Shown piece by piece: positions 36,877 to 45,211 of a stretch of 64,000 nt of DNA. The notes beneath the pieces were generated by a model, which saw only the letters and a list, made by a program, of their open reading frames with translations, was not told the DNA's origin and made no database searches. This stretch comes from Candidatus Staskawiczbacteria bacterium. GTDB lineage: Bacteria; Patescibacteriota; Minisyncoccia; Minisyncoccales; Staskawiczbacteraceae. Location: NCBI GenBank assembly GCA_903885445.1, contig CAISIO010000006.1:15309-79308 (forward strand). Reading direction: 5' to 3'. Numbering within the stretch: position 1 is the first letter of the stretch; each line of letters starts with the position of its first letter. Both the position numbers and the translations under genes were made by a program.

Positions 36877-36878
36877 GT

Positions 36879-37298
36879 TTAATCCTGGCAGATGCCACTA
36901 TTCTGGCATCTCCAACTGCACATTTTATTATAAATCATTTCCTTTTTGTAACCGGAGGAATCAATGCAAATAGTGTCCTTATCAACTCCTTTATCAATTC
37001 CATAGCAAACGCAATAAGCGCCTCCAGAACCGCTCATCTGCTCTGTTGAATACTGGCTGTACTTCTTTGTTATGACGTCTCTGCATTTTGTATAACCCGA
37101 ATCGCTAAAAAATCCGGCGTAACTTGTGTGTTCGCTTAAATAAACAATTCCGGATTTCTGCAGAGCATTGACATTTCCAACTAAAGCGGCGTCTTGCGCC
37201 CTTTGTGTAAAACCGGAAACATTAACCAAAACAATTGCGCCCAAAACAGAAATAACCGCAATAACCACAATCAATTCAATAATTGTGAATCCTTTCAT
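36879..37298 (-). CDS. Type IV pilin-like protein (prepilin N-terminal cleavage/methylation domain)
   Basis: 139 aa. MKGFTIIELIVVIAVISVLGAIVL is the class III signal (G/FTxxE). The C-terminus is Cys-rich. Confidence 0.75.
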   Translation of the reverse strand: MKGFTIIELIVVIAVISVLGAIVLVNVSGFTQRAQDAALVGNVNALQKSGIVYLSEHTSYAGFFSDSGYTKCRDVITKKYSQYSTEQMSGSGGAYCVCYGIDKGVDKDTICIDSSGYKKEMIYNKMCSWRCQNSGICQD

Positions 37299-37352
37299 GT
37301 TTCTATATTTTACAGCCTTTTACTTATTTATTAAAGAAGGGTGCAAGACCAT

Positions 37353-37381
37353 AAAAAAAGCTCCTCGCGAGGAGCTTTTTT
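37353..37381. terminator. Bidirectional intrinsic terminator after clpB
   Basis: A7-AGCTCCTCGCGAGGAGCT-T6, with a perfect 7-bp stem around a CGCG loop (37359-37376). Confidence 0.75.
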
Positions 37382-37388
37382 GTTTATA

Positions 37389-40088
37389 TTATTTTTTGGA
37401 TTTTGCCAGTTTTGGCACGTTTTGAATCCTTGGAAACTGTTTTGGGCTTTCAAAAACCATTTTACCTCCTTGCTCGTCAATTAAAACCCTGCTTCCTTCC
37501 GCTATTTCGTTGGTCACGATTTTAATTGATAGAGGATCCAAAATCAAACGCTGAATAACTCTTTTCATCGGACGAGCTCCTAAATTCGGGTCGAATCCTT
37601 CCTTCACTAAAAATTCCTTGGCTTTATCGGAAATCTCTATTCTAATTTCCTTGGCTGCTAAGCGTTTTTCAACCTTAGATAATTCCAAGTCAACAATTGT
37701 TTTGATTTGAACTTTTTGCAAATAATTGAAAATTACAACTTCGTCAATTCTGTTCAAAAATTCCGGCCTAAAAGAATCTCTCAGGGTATCAAATATTTTT
37801 TCGCGCATTGATTCTCTCTGCACTATTTCCTCTTTAGTGTTAAATCCTATTGATGACATTTTGTTGATGTAATCTGAACCCAAATTGGAGGTCATTATAA
37901 TAATCGTGTTTTTAAAAGACACAGTTCTTCCTTTTGAGTCGGTCAACCTGCCGTCCTCAAAAATCTGTAACAAGATATTAAAAATATCCGGATGGGCTTT
38001 TTCAACTTCGTCCAGCAAAAGCACAGCATACGGCCTTCGCCTGATTTTTTCTGTTAACTGCCCGGCCTCTTCGTATCCGACATACCCTGGCGGAGAACCA
38101 ATAATTTTAGAAACCGTGTGGCGTTCCATATATTCTGACATATCCAGCCTTATCAGCGCCTTTTCGTCGTTGAACAAAAACTCCGCCAAGGCTCTGGCTG
38201 TTTCTGTTTTTCCAACGCCAGTCGGCCCAAGAAATAAAAACGAACCTAAAGGCTTATTCTCCTCAGAAATTCCAGCTCTGGCCCTTCGGATTGCCCTTGA
38301 AATCGCAGAAATTGCTTCCTGCTGGCCGATTACCCTTCTGTTCAAAGTGTCTTCCATTGTTTCTAATTTTTTCGCTTCTTCTGTAATTAAACGCATTACC
38401 GGAATTCCGGTCCAGCGCGAGACAACCTTAGCAATTTCCTCTTCGGTAACTTCCTCCTTTAGGAACCTGTGGTCTTTTTGGATTTTTATCAATTTTTGCT
38501 CAATGGCCGCCGATTCTTTTAATAATTCGGGAATTTTTCCATATTTTATTTCAGCAACTTTTTCCAAATCCGCATCTCTCTGGGCAATTTCAGTCTGGTA
38601 AGAAAGATTATCAAGTTTTTCTCTGATATCTTTAATTTTGTTAATCAATTCTTTCTCAGCTGACCATCTTAACCTTAAAGTTTTCGACTTCTCGTTTAAA
38701 TCGGCCAATTCCCTGGAAATTACTTTTAACCTCCTTTCAGATCCTTTTTCTTTTTTTAAAGCTTGTTTTTCAATTTCCAGCTTCATAATTTCCTCGTCAA
38801 ACTTTTCCAATTCTTGCGGATCGGATTCGTTTTCCAATCTCAAGGCCGAAGCTGCTTCGTCCATCAAATCAACTGCTTTATCGGGCAAAAACCTGTCGGA
38901 AATATATCTGCTTGCCAAATCAACTGCTGCCTTTATGGCAGAATCTTTTATTTTTACTCCGTGATGGACCTCATACTTTTCCTTGATTCCGCGTAACATT
39001 GCAGTGGCATCATCCACATTCGGTTCTTGCACAAAAATTGGCTGAAATCTTCTTTCTAAAGCCGGGTCTTGCTCAATGTATTTTTGGTATTCTTTTAAAG
39101 TTGTCGCTCCAATGGCCCTTAATTCTCCGCGAGCCAAGGCAGGTTTTAATAAATTAGAAGCGTCAATCGCGCCTTCGGCAGCTCCCGCTCCCACCAAAGT
39201 ATGCAATTCATCAATAAATAAAATATACTTTCCGGCGGACCTGGATAGTTCCTTCAACAACGCCTTTATTCTCGTCTCAAACTCTCCGCGATATTTTGTC
39301 CCGGCAATTATGGAACCTAAATCCAAAGAAATAACTTCTTTATTTTTTAAAAAATCAGGCACATTTCCACGCGCAATTCTTTGGGCAAAACCCTCCACAA
39401 TCGCTGTTTTTCCAACTCCGGCTTCTCCAATTAACACCGGGTTATTTTTTGTTCTTCGAGAAATTATCTGCATCAATCTCCTTATTTCATTATCTCTGCC
39501 GACTATCGGGTCAATTTTTCCAGCAGAAGCAAGATTGGTTAAATTCCTGGTATATTTTTCAATTACCTGGTATTTTGATTCAGGCTCGGGATCTGTAATT
39601 CTTTGTCCGCCTCTTATCTGCGACAAAACTTTAATTGCCGCCTCGTAATCTAACTTTGAATTTTTTAAATTGTTTCCTTCTCCTCCGATAAAATTGATCT
39701 TTTCTAAAACATCTTTTGCTCCGGATTTAGTATCCAGCAAAGCCAAAAATAAATGCTCAACCGAGATAAACTCATCATTCATTTTTATCGCTTCCTGCCT
39801 GGCTCTGTCTAAAACTTTTGCCATATCCTGCGTAAGATAAAACTGACCAAAAGCTTGCGATGTTGAAATTGCTGGAATTTTAGCTATTTGAGTTTCAACT
39901 TTTTTTTGCAAAGACTCTCCGTCAATTCCAAGTTTCTGCAAAACCGTGTTTATAATAGAGCCTTCCTGGGTCAAGAGCACATAAAGCAAATGCAGGGCGT
40001 CAATTTGCGCCTGCCCTTTGTCTTGTGCCAATGTCTGCGCTTGCATTAACGCGTCTTGGGCTTTGTTCGTAAAATTTGCTCCGTTCAT
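37389..40088 (-). CDS. clpB: ATP-dependent chaperone ClpB (Hsp100 disaggregase)
   Basis: 899 aa with a Clp N-domain and two AAA+ modules ([16 protein letters not shown]). The long coiled-coil middle domain lies between them, and the C-terminal ClpB D2-small region is present. Confidence 0.9.
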   Translation of the reverse strand: MNGANFTNKAQDALMQAQTLAQDKGQAQIDALHLLYVLLTQEGSIINTVLQKLGIDGESLQKKVETQIAKIPAISTSQAFGQFYLTQDMAKVLDRARQEAIKMNDEFISVEHLFLALLDTKSGAKDVLEKINFIGGEGNNLKNSKLDYEAAIKVLSQIRGGQRITDPEPESKYQVIEKYTRNLTNLASAGKIDPIVGRDNEIRRLMQIISRRTKNNPVLIGEAGVGKTAIVEGFAQRIARGNVPDFLKNKEVISLDLGSIIAGTKYRGEFETRIKALLKELSRSAGKYILFIDELHTLVGAGAAEGAIDASNLLKPALARGELRAIGATTLKEYQKYIEQDPALERRFQPIFVQEPNVDDATAMLRGIKEKYEVHHGVKIKDSAIKAAVDLASRYISDRFLPDKAVDLMDEAASALRLENESDPQELEKFDEEIMKLEIEKQALKKEKGSERRLKVISRELADLNEKSKTLRLRWSAEKELINKIKDIREKLDNLSYQTEIAQRDADLEKVAEIKYGKIPELLKESAAIEQKLIKIQKDHRFLKEEVTEEEIAKVVSRWTGIPVMRLITEEAKKLETMEDTLNRRVIGQQEAISAISRAIRRARAGISEENKPLGSFLFLGPTGVGKTETARALAEFLFNDEKALIRLDMSEYMERHTVSKIIGSPPGYVGYEEAGQLTEKIRRRPYAVLLLDEVEKAHPDIFNILLQIFEDGRLTDSKGRTVSFKNTIIIMTSNLGSDYINKMSSIGFNTKEEIVQRESMREKIFDTLRDSFRPEFLNRIDEVVIFNYLQKVQIKTIVDLELSKVEKRLAAKEIRIEISDKAKEFLVKEGFDPNLGARPMKRVIQRLILDPLSIKIVTNEIAEGSRVLIDEQGGKMVFESPKQFPRIQNVPKLAKSKK

Positions 40089-40177
40089 GTTTGATAAGTA
40101 ATAATTTAAGTACTAATTATAATATAATACGCATTAAAGATGTATTATGATTATAATATTTTTCCCCGCCAAAATCA

Positions 40178-40204
40178 ATAGCACTCTCAAGTCAAGAGTG
40201 ATAA
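40178..40204 (-). promoter_or_regulatory. CIRCE-like operator (HrcA binding site) upstream of clpB
   Basis: aTAGCACTC-N9-GAGTGaTAA compared with the consensus TTAGCACTC-N9-GAGTGCTAA. It lies about 90 nt upstream of the clpB ATG, next to a TTGATT-N17-TATAAT promoter. Confidence 0.65.
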
Positions 40205-40209
40205 TTAGT

Positions 40210-40238
40210 AAAAAAACAGCGGTTCCCCTCGGAACCGC
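40210..40238 (-). terminator. Intrinsic terminator of GC-rich cassette B
   Basis: The stem GCGGTTCC/GGAACCGC (40219-40226 / 40231-40238) has a CCTC loop. On the minus strand it is followed, after TGT, by T7 (plus-strand A-run 40210-40216). Confidence 0.7.
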
Positions 40239-40259
40239 ATCAGAAGAATTGAACATCGC

Positions 40260-40790
40260 CTAGGCGACTGGAACCGGGTTGAGAATCTCCCGGACATTAA
40301 GTTTGGCCGGCTTATTCGCGCGGTCGAACATCACCAGGACCTCACCATGATCGCAAATACCGCAAACATCTTCTATAATAACGCCCTTGCGGCCGCGGTA
40401 TTCCACCTCGTTCCCAAACATCAATGCCGCCTGCTCTGCCAAGGGATTCAACCGTACCCCAGACATCTCAGCTTTGCATATCGGGTAGATTCTGGTTGGC
40501 CAGCTTGTTTCGCCCCCTATGCTAGCCATTGTCCTAGTGGAACTGTACCTCACGCATCCGCCCATTTGGAAAAATCCGCACCCTGCGCATTTACTCGGAT
40601 TGGCCGAGGACTCAATTCGTCCAACAACTTCAATGCCCTCGGTTAAGCATCGGGCCAGCCGAACTTTTCCATCGTACTCGACAAGAGCTTCTTCGCCCTT
40701 GCCCGCTTCCCTTGGCAGGACAGTGATTACCACGCCTACCATATCTCCTGTTGCGAACTTTGTGCCGCGATCCAAAACTTCCGTGTTCAT
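40260..40790 (-). CDS. Hypothetical Cys-rich protein (GC-rich cassette B)
   Basis: 176-aa ORF at about 53% GC by eye. Two CxxC pairs (CAGC..., CGIC) are flanked by beta-rich SH3/KOW-like segments. I recognise no family. Confidence 0.65.
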   Translation of the reverse strand: MNTEVLDRGTKFATGDMVGVVITVLPREAGKGEEALVEYDGKVRLARCLTEGIEVVGRIESSANPSKCAGCGFFQMGGCVRYSSTRTMASIGGETSWPTRIYPICKAEMSGVRLNPLAEQAALMFGNEVEYRGRKGVIIEDVCGICDHGEVLVMFDRANKPAKLNVREILNPVPVA

Positions 40791-40814
40791 AATCTTCTTT
40801 CACGTTATCAATGT

Positions 40815-40847
40815 GCCAAAACAAAAGCCCCTCTTCCGAAAGGGGCT
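40815..40847 (-). terminator. Terminator-like hairpin inside the leader of cassette B (candidate attenuator)
   Basis: On the minus strand AGCCCCT-uucggaag-AGGGGCT (40826-40847) is followed by TTTTGTTTTGG. It sits only about 25 nt upstream of the ATG at 40790 and about 110-140 nt downstream of the candidate promoter. Confidence 0.5.
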
Positions 40848-41003
40848 CGTTTGAAATTTCTAATTTTGTTTTCTATTTTAGAATGCTCAAACCAGCTCCT
40901 TTCGGGTAAGGGCTAAAAAAGAAAAACAAATTCTTTAAGCTAGTTTGATTCATATCTATATTATAAACTTACCAAATAGAAATGTCCTTGTCAATATTTA
41001 TGC

Positions 41004-41037
41004 AAAAAAACAGCAAGAGGAATCTGACCCCCCCTGC
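41004..41037 (-). terminator. Probable intrinsic terminator of the cassette C sigma gene
   Basis: On the minus strand the imperfect stem GCAGGGG/CCTCTTGC (two G-U pairs) is followed by T7 (plus-strand A-run 41004-41010). Confidence 0.4.
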
Positions 41038-41056
41038 CTTTGATTCGTTTGCGTTT

Positions 41057-41965
41057 TCACCGACAATGGCGCTCAATGGCTTGCCGAATCTTGTCGAGCG
41101 CGCCATTTTGGATTTGGCGGACTCGTTCTGTTGTCAACCCAATCATTTTGGATACACCGAGTAGTGTTTCTTTTTTTCCCCGGCGTTCAAGATCAAATCG
41201 CGCGGTTAAGACAGTTATCTCTCTCGCATCGAGAAGGCCTGGCCGGCGGATTACCAGATTCAAAACATCCACCATATCGGCTGACTTCTCCTCTTTCAGC
41301 CACTCTCCAGTGGAATCCTTCTCTAAACGAGGATCGTGCGAAACCGGAAAGCGATGGCGATATGCGCCGGTCTTCGTGGCCAGCCTACAAAACGATTTCA
41401 GGATTGCTCTGCAGGCATATGTCGAAAACCTGTACCCCCTTGCGGCATCAAACTTCTCAACCGCCCTGAGCAAGGCCATGTTGCCTTCTGCGACCATCTC
41501 GGCAAACTCAGCGTTTAATATTCTTGATCTCTTAGCCATCGCCAATACAAGCCCGAGGTTTGCCTCAACAATTCTGGCCCTTAAGCTTTGTGCTCGCTCA
41601 TACCAAAACAACATGGCTTTTGCACGCAGGTGAGAAACGCGCCTGCTCTGGGCTTCAGCCAACAGACTAAGCCTATAGCGGGCGTAGTTGTAGCGGAAAA
41701 AAAGAATGGCCTCATCCCTCGGAGCGAGACGGACTGTCCTGCTTCCTCTTAGCTCATCGTATTCACATTCAACATCCCATGAAGAGCTCCAGCCCGACAC
41801 TTCGATTAGCCTAGCCCCAGCGCCAAAATAGTCTTCTTCGGCCGAAACCGCAGAAAAACCGGCGTTAGGAACGAAATCGACTTCTTCCGGAATCTGCCTA
41901 TACAGCACCGCCTGATTAGCATCCAGCCCAGAGACCTCGGCGATTCTTTCTGCTAGTTGCGTCAT
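41057..41965 (-). CDS. Sigma-70-family RNA polymerase sigma factor (group 3-like) on GC-rich cassette C
   Basis: Region 2 is EANLGLVLAMAKR...EGNMALLRAVEKFDAARGYRFSTYACRAI. Region 4 is ITVLTARFDL...LLGVSKMIGLTTERVRQIQNGALDKIR. I place the start at ATG 41965, with GGGAGG 6 nt upstream. The track start (GTG 41995) is less likely. Confidence 0.8.
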   Translation of the reverse strand: MTQLAERIAEVSGLDANQAVLYRQIPEEVDFVPNAGFSAVSAEEDYFGAGARLIEVSGWSSSWDVECEYDELRGSRTVRLAPRDEAILFFRYNYARYRLSLLAEAQSRRVSHLRAKAMLFWYERAQSLRARIVEANLGLVLAMAKRSRILNAEFAEMVAEGNMALLRAVEKFDAARGYRFSTYACRAILKSFCRLATKTGAYRHRFPVSHDPRLEKDSTGEWLKEEKSADMVDVLNLVIRRPGLLDAREITVLTARFDLERRGKKETLLGVSKMIGLTTERVRQIQNGALDKIRQAIERHCR

Positions 41966-41999
41966 CGTATGCCTCCCGTATTTATAGTCCAACACGTTT

Positions 42000-42077
42000 G
42001 CACCTCAAACACGAAAAACGCTTTTTCGATATTTCAAGGTGCTTAATTATTTATATGCCTTAAAATTTAATTGTCAA
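42000..42077 (-). promoter_or_regulatory. Promoter and 5'-terminal stem-loop of the cassette C sigma gene
   Basis: On the minus strand it reads TTGACA (42072-42077), N16, TATAAA (42050-42055). The -35 starts 2 nt after the htrA stop. The predicted 5' end folds as GCACCT...CGAAAAA-gcg-TTTTTCG...AGGTGC (42000-42042). Confidence 0.5.
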
Positions 42078-42078
42078 T

Positions 42079-43395
42079 CTATTGCGGCCTTTCGCCCAAG
42101 ACAACATCCACGTTAATTTCTTTTCCGTCGTGCAATATTTTCAGGGTAACTTTATCCCCCGGGTTAAAGTTCATAATCTGGTTCGCCAGAGTCTTGTCTT
42201 TAGTGATTTTCTGGCCGGCTATTTCTAAAACAACATCCTTTTCTTTAATCCCCGCTTTGTCAGCCGCCGATCCTGCAGTAACAGCCGCCTCCCCCTTGCT
42301 CCCTTTCAAAACCAGCACACCATAATCAACCGATAAATTATATTTTTCCTTAACCTGAGCGTTAACTAAAACATATCTTATTCCTAAAAAAGGATACACA
42401 ATTTTATTTGTTTTTACAACTTGGTCAATATCTTTTTTAGCCATATCAATCGGAATCGCAAAGCCGATATCCTGCGCTCCTTGCGCCATGGCAGTATCAA
42501 TGCCAATAACCTCTCCTTTTAAATTAAGCAAAGGTCCGCCCGAGTTTCCAGAATTAATCGCCGCGTCCGTTTGTATAATCCCTTCCAGCGTTTCTGAAAA
42601 TCCCCCCACTTGGTCAGAGGCCGATATTGTCCTTTGCAAACCGGAAATAACGCCAACCGAAACCGTATTAGAGAATTGCCCAAGGGCGTTTCCAATTGCA
42701 ATCGCCGTCTGGCCGATTTGTATGCCCGAAGAATTGCCCAAGATTACCGGCTGGAACTTTTTGTCTGATTGTATTTTTATCACAGCTAAATCTTGGACAG
42801 GATCTAAAGCCAAAACCTTGGCAGAATATTTTTGCCCGTCGTTTGTAAAAACAGTGTATTCTGCTTTATTATCAGAAACAACGTGTTTGTTGGTTAAAAT
42901 TAATCCGTCCGGCGAAACGATAAATCCCGAGCCGGCTCCAACTTCCTGTAATTGAGTTCCTTTTTGCACTTGTTGGGGAATTTGAAAATCAAAACCCGGG
43001 AACATATCTCCAAAAGGGTTTGCACTGTCTCCAAACGGATTTATAAGCTGCTGCTCATAGACAGGGACATTTTTGGAGATGACAATACTCACCACCGAAG
43101 GCGAGACGTTTTTCGCCGCGTCAATTATTGCCTGCTCATAAGAAATATTCGAGACATAAGGGGTTGTGGCAGGCTGATTGTTTATTTTTCCAATCGTGGG
43201 TTCGGGCGCCTTAAAATAATCGAAAAAAGCCTTAGTTTGCGCCGGAAAATAACGCATAGCGGTTATCCCTACAGAAAACCCGACGACGCACCCTACGACA
43301 ATCAAACCGACGACTCCCCAACAGGTTTTATTTTTTAGTATTTTTATAACTTTGTTTTCAACTTCTTTGATATTTATTTCCGGTAGTTTATCCAT
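42079..43395 (-). CDS. htrA: HtrA/DegP-family serine protease with PDZ domain
   Basis: 438 aa with an N-terminal TM helix and the catalytic triad context TNKHVV, DLAVIK, GNSGGPL. A PDZ domain lies at the C-terminus. Confidence 0.85.
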   Translation of the reverse strand: MDKLPEINIKEVENKVIKILKNKTCWGVVGLIVVGCVVGFSVGITAMRYFPAQTKAFFDYFKAPEPTIGKINNQPATTPYVSNISYEQAIIDAAKNVSPSVVSIVISKNVPVYEQQLINPFGDSANPFGDMFPGFDFQIPQQVQKGTQLQEVGAGSGFIVSPDGLILTNKHVVSDNKAEYTVFTNDGQKYSAKVLALDPVQDLAVIKIQSDKKFQPVILGNSSGIQIGQTAIAIGNALGQFSNTVSVGVISGLQRTISASDQVGGFSETLEGIIQTDAAINSGNSGGPLLNLKGEVIGIDTAMAQGAQDIGFAIPIDMAKKDIDQVVKTNKIVYPFLGIRYVLVNAQVKEKYNLSVDYGVLVLKGSKGEAAVTAGSAADKAGIKEKDVVLEIAGQKITKDKTLANQIMNFNPGDKVTLKILHDGKEINVDVVLGERPQ

Positions 43396-43444
43396 GGTAT
43401 TAAAAAATTAAAGATTTTATCTTTTTAATTTATACGGATGAAAA

Positions 43445-44158
43445 TTAATTTTTGGTCTTATCTTTATAGTGCCCGAATTCGTAGTTAAAAATATCGGACC
43501 TTACCGGGCCTATAAAAATCATGTGCAACTCGCACAAAATATATTTTATTGTAGTCTTTATCCAGCCGTCTTTTCTAAACCTCCTATCGGAAACATTTAT
43601 TTTTACCGATTTAATAATGCCGTAATTAGCAATCTTTTGCGCCCTCCTTCCTAAATCATGGTCTTCTGCTAATTTTATTGTTTCGTCGTATCCGTTAAGT
43701 TTTAAAAAAAGGTCTCTTCTGGCCAGTATGCCCATCGCTGCATGGGGTAATATTTTTTCCACAGCGTAAATGTACCAGTTATAAAACATATTAAAGGCAA
43801 GCTTATGAATTTTCGCTCCCTCAATCGGCAATAACCCAAAAGAAGCAAAATCCAATTTCTTTTCCTCAAACTCTTTTAAAGTTTTTCCAAAAAAATCCGG
43901 TGGCAAAATCGAATCTGCGTCCAAAAATAGCAACAAATCACCCCTAGCGACCTTCGCCCCTTCGTTCCTCCCTTTTGACGGCAATCCGCCCGGAATTATA
44001 CGGCAATCATATCGCCCCGCTATTTCTAAGGTTTTATCTTTTGACCCCGCGTCAGCTAAAATAATCTCGTAATCTTTGAAATCCTGGTCTTTAATGGACG
44101 CCAAAAGCAAAGGCAAATATTTTTCTTCGTTTAAAGTTGGTACTATTATGCTAAGCAT
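43445..44158 (-). CDS. Glycosyltransferase family 2
   Basis: Contains LSIIVPTLNEEKYL, ILADAGSKDKT and the LFLDADS (DxD) motif. I trimmed the start to ATG 44158, 4 nt after the upstream stop. The track start at 44263 overlaps the upstream gene by 100 nt. Confidence 0.8.
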   Translation of the reverse strand: MLSIIVPTLNEEKYLPLLLASIKDQDFKDYEIILADAGSKDKTLEIAGRYDCRIIPGGLPSKGRNEGAKVARGDLLLFLDADSILPPDFFGKTLKEFEEKKLDFASFGLLPIEGAKIHKLAFNMFYNWYIYAVEKILPHAAMGILARRDLFLKLNGYDETIKLAEDHDLGRRAQKIANYGIIKSVKINVSDRRFRKDGWIKTTIKYILCELHMIFIGPVRSDIFNYEFGHYKDKTKN

Positions 44159-44162
44159 AGTT

Positions 44163-45209
44163 TTATTTAATGGCGACATCTTTATAATATCCTCTCTGCT
44201 CTTCCGGCAACAGTTTCGCAACATGCGACATACACCAATCAGTTCCGTTAAGTCCGCTGTCATTATCTTCTAAAAGCAGACTTTCTCCTATTGAGAGTTT
44301 TTTATTCCCCGTTGCTTTGTCAACGGTAAAAGCTGTGGGGATTATTGGGAGCTGTTCGCCAGTTAATTCTTGATACCAACGAGCAATTATTTCTATTCCG
44401 CGATAGCCTTGTTTCATTTCCTCTTTTTCCATCATATTCATTGGACCATGAGGGTTGAGAAACGGCCCCTCCGGAAAAACGCACAAAGTATCTCCACGAG
44501 AAAGAGTAGCAATCGCCTCTTGCACAAACTTCATATTTCCTCCTGGAAGCCCTGATTTTTCTCTGTCAATTATTTTTCTAAACACTTTCTTCCCGGTTTT
44601 GTCTTGCCGGGATAACGCATCTTCTTTCTCTTGCGGAGTGAGGTTAGACAAGCTCTCTTCAACCGGAATCATTCCAAGTTTTTTAAAAAACCATCTTTTA
44701 GCAGCGGGAATAATGCCGGGCCTATCCCAATCCGCCCATTCCTTGCCGACGGCAAAATGCAAATCAAAATCCTTAAAGGTCTTCATAACCGCCTCTGTGT
44801 CTCCGTTTCCAAAATGGTTGCAAATCACAATAAATGGACCTTTCTTCGGCAACTTTTCCCGCCCTTCTGTCTCAAACTTTGAGCCCCTTGTCAGCAACGT
44901 TTTTATGGCGCTAGAGACTAATCCCGGTTTGTCTTTAAGATATTCCGGTAAATATTCTTCTTGATATTCCTCGATTCTCTCTTTGTGAGACATGGTTTCG
45001 TCCGGCTTTGCTTCTGGCGGCTGTCCGTCAGCAAAAGCTCTTTCGATCTTTGCTTTCAGCCCCTCTATTTCACCCGCATCACCTTCCGCATTTTCTAGTT
45101 TTAATTCTTTACTATCCCCCTGTTTAATTTCAGGAAAAGCTACGGCCAGGCTTTCCACGTCCGGCAAATCAAAACTCGTTTCTATTTTCGGCTTTTCAGA
45201 ATTAGGCAT
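44163..45209 (-). CDS. Lysophospholipid acyltransferase (PlsC/LPLAT family) with N-terminal extension
   Basis: The HX4D motif (NHFGNGD) and the FPEG motif (VFPEGPF) are present. I trimmed the start to ATG 45209 (MPNSEKPK), just after the upstream stop at 45212. Confidence 0.65.
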   Translation of the reverse strand: MPNSEKPKIETSFDLPDVESLAVAFPEIKQGDSKELKLENAEGDAGEIEGLKAKIERAFADGQPPEAKPDETMSHKERIEEYQEEYLPEYLKDKPGLVSSAIKTLLTRGSKFETEGREKLPKKGPFIVICNHFGNGDTEAVMKTFKDFDLHFAVGKEWADWDRPGIIPAAKRWFFKKLGMIPVEESLSNLTPQEKEDALSRQDKTGKKVFRKIIDREKSGLPGGNMKFVQEAIATLSRGDTLCVFPEGPFLNPHGPMNMMEKEEMKQGYRGIEIIARWYQELTGEQLPIIPTAFTVDKATGNKKLSIGESLLLEDNDSGLNGTDWCMSHVAKLLPEEQRGYYKDVAIK

Positions 45210-45211
45210 TT

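Noticed and set aside
37885-39648. Plus-strand ORFs of 238, 108, 77 and 190 aa inside the clpB region
   Set aside because: All are antisense to the well-supported ClpB reading frame and encode low-complexity Ser/Phe/Ile-rich sequences. They are shadow ORFs.
40920-40945. T-rich tract (minus strand TTTGTTTTTCTTTTTT) as a terminator for the cassette C sigma gene
   Set aside because: No hairpin precedes it on the minus strand. The better candidates are the stem plus T7 at 41004-41037 and the hairpin at 40815-40847.
41040-41633. 197-aa, 112-aa and 60-aa plus-strand ORFs opposite the cassette C sigma gene
   Set aside because: They are antisense to a frame with clear sigma-70 region 2 and region 4 motifs. 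Their composition is Arg/Ser/Pro-rich, indicating off-frame translation.
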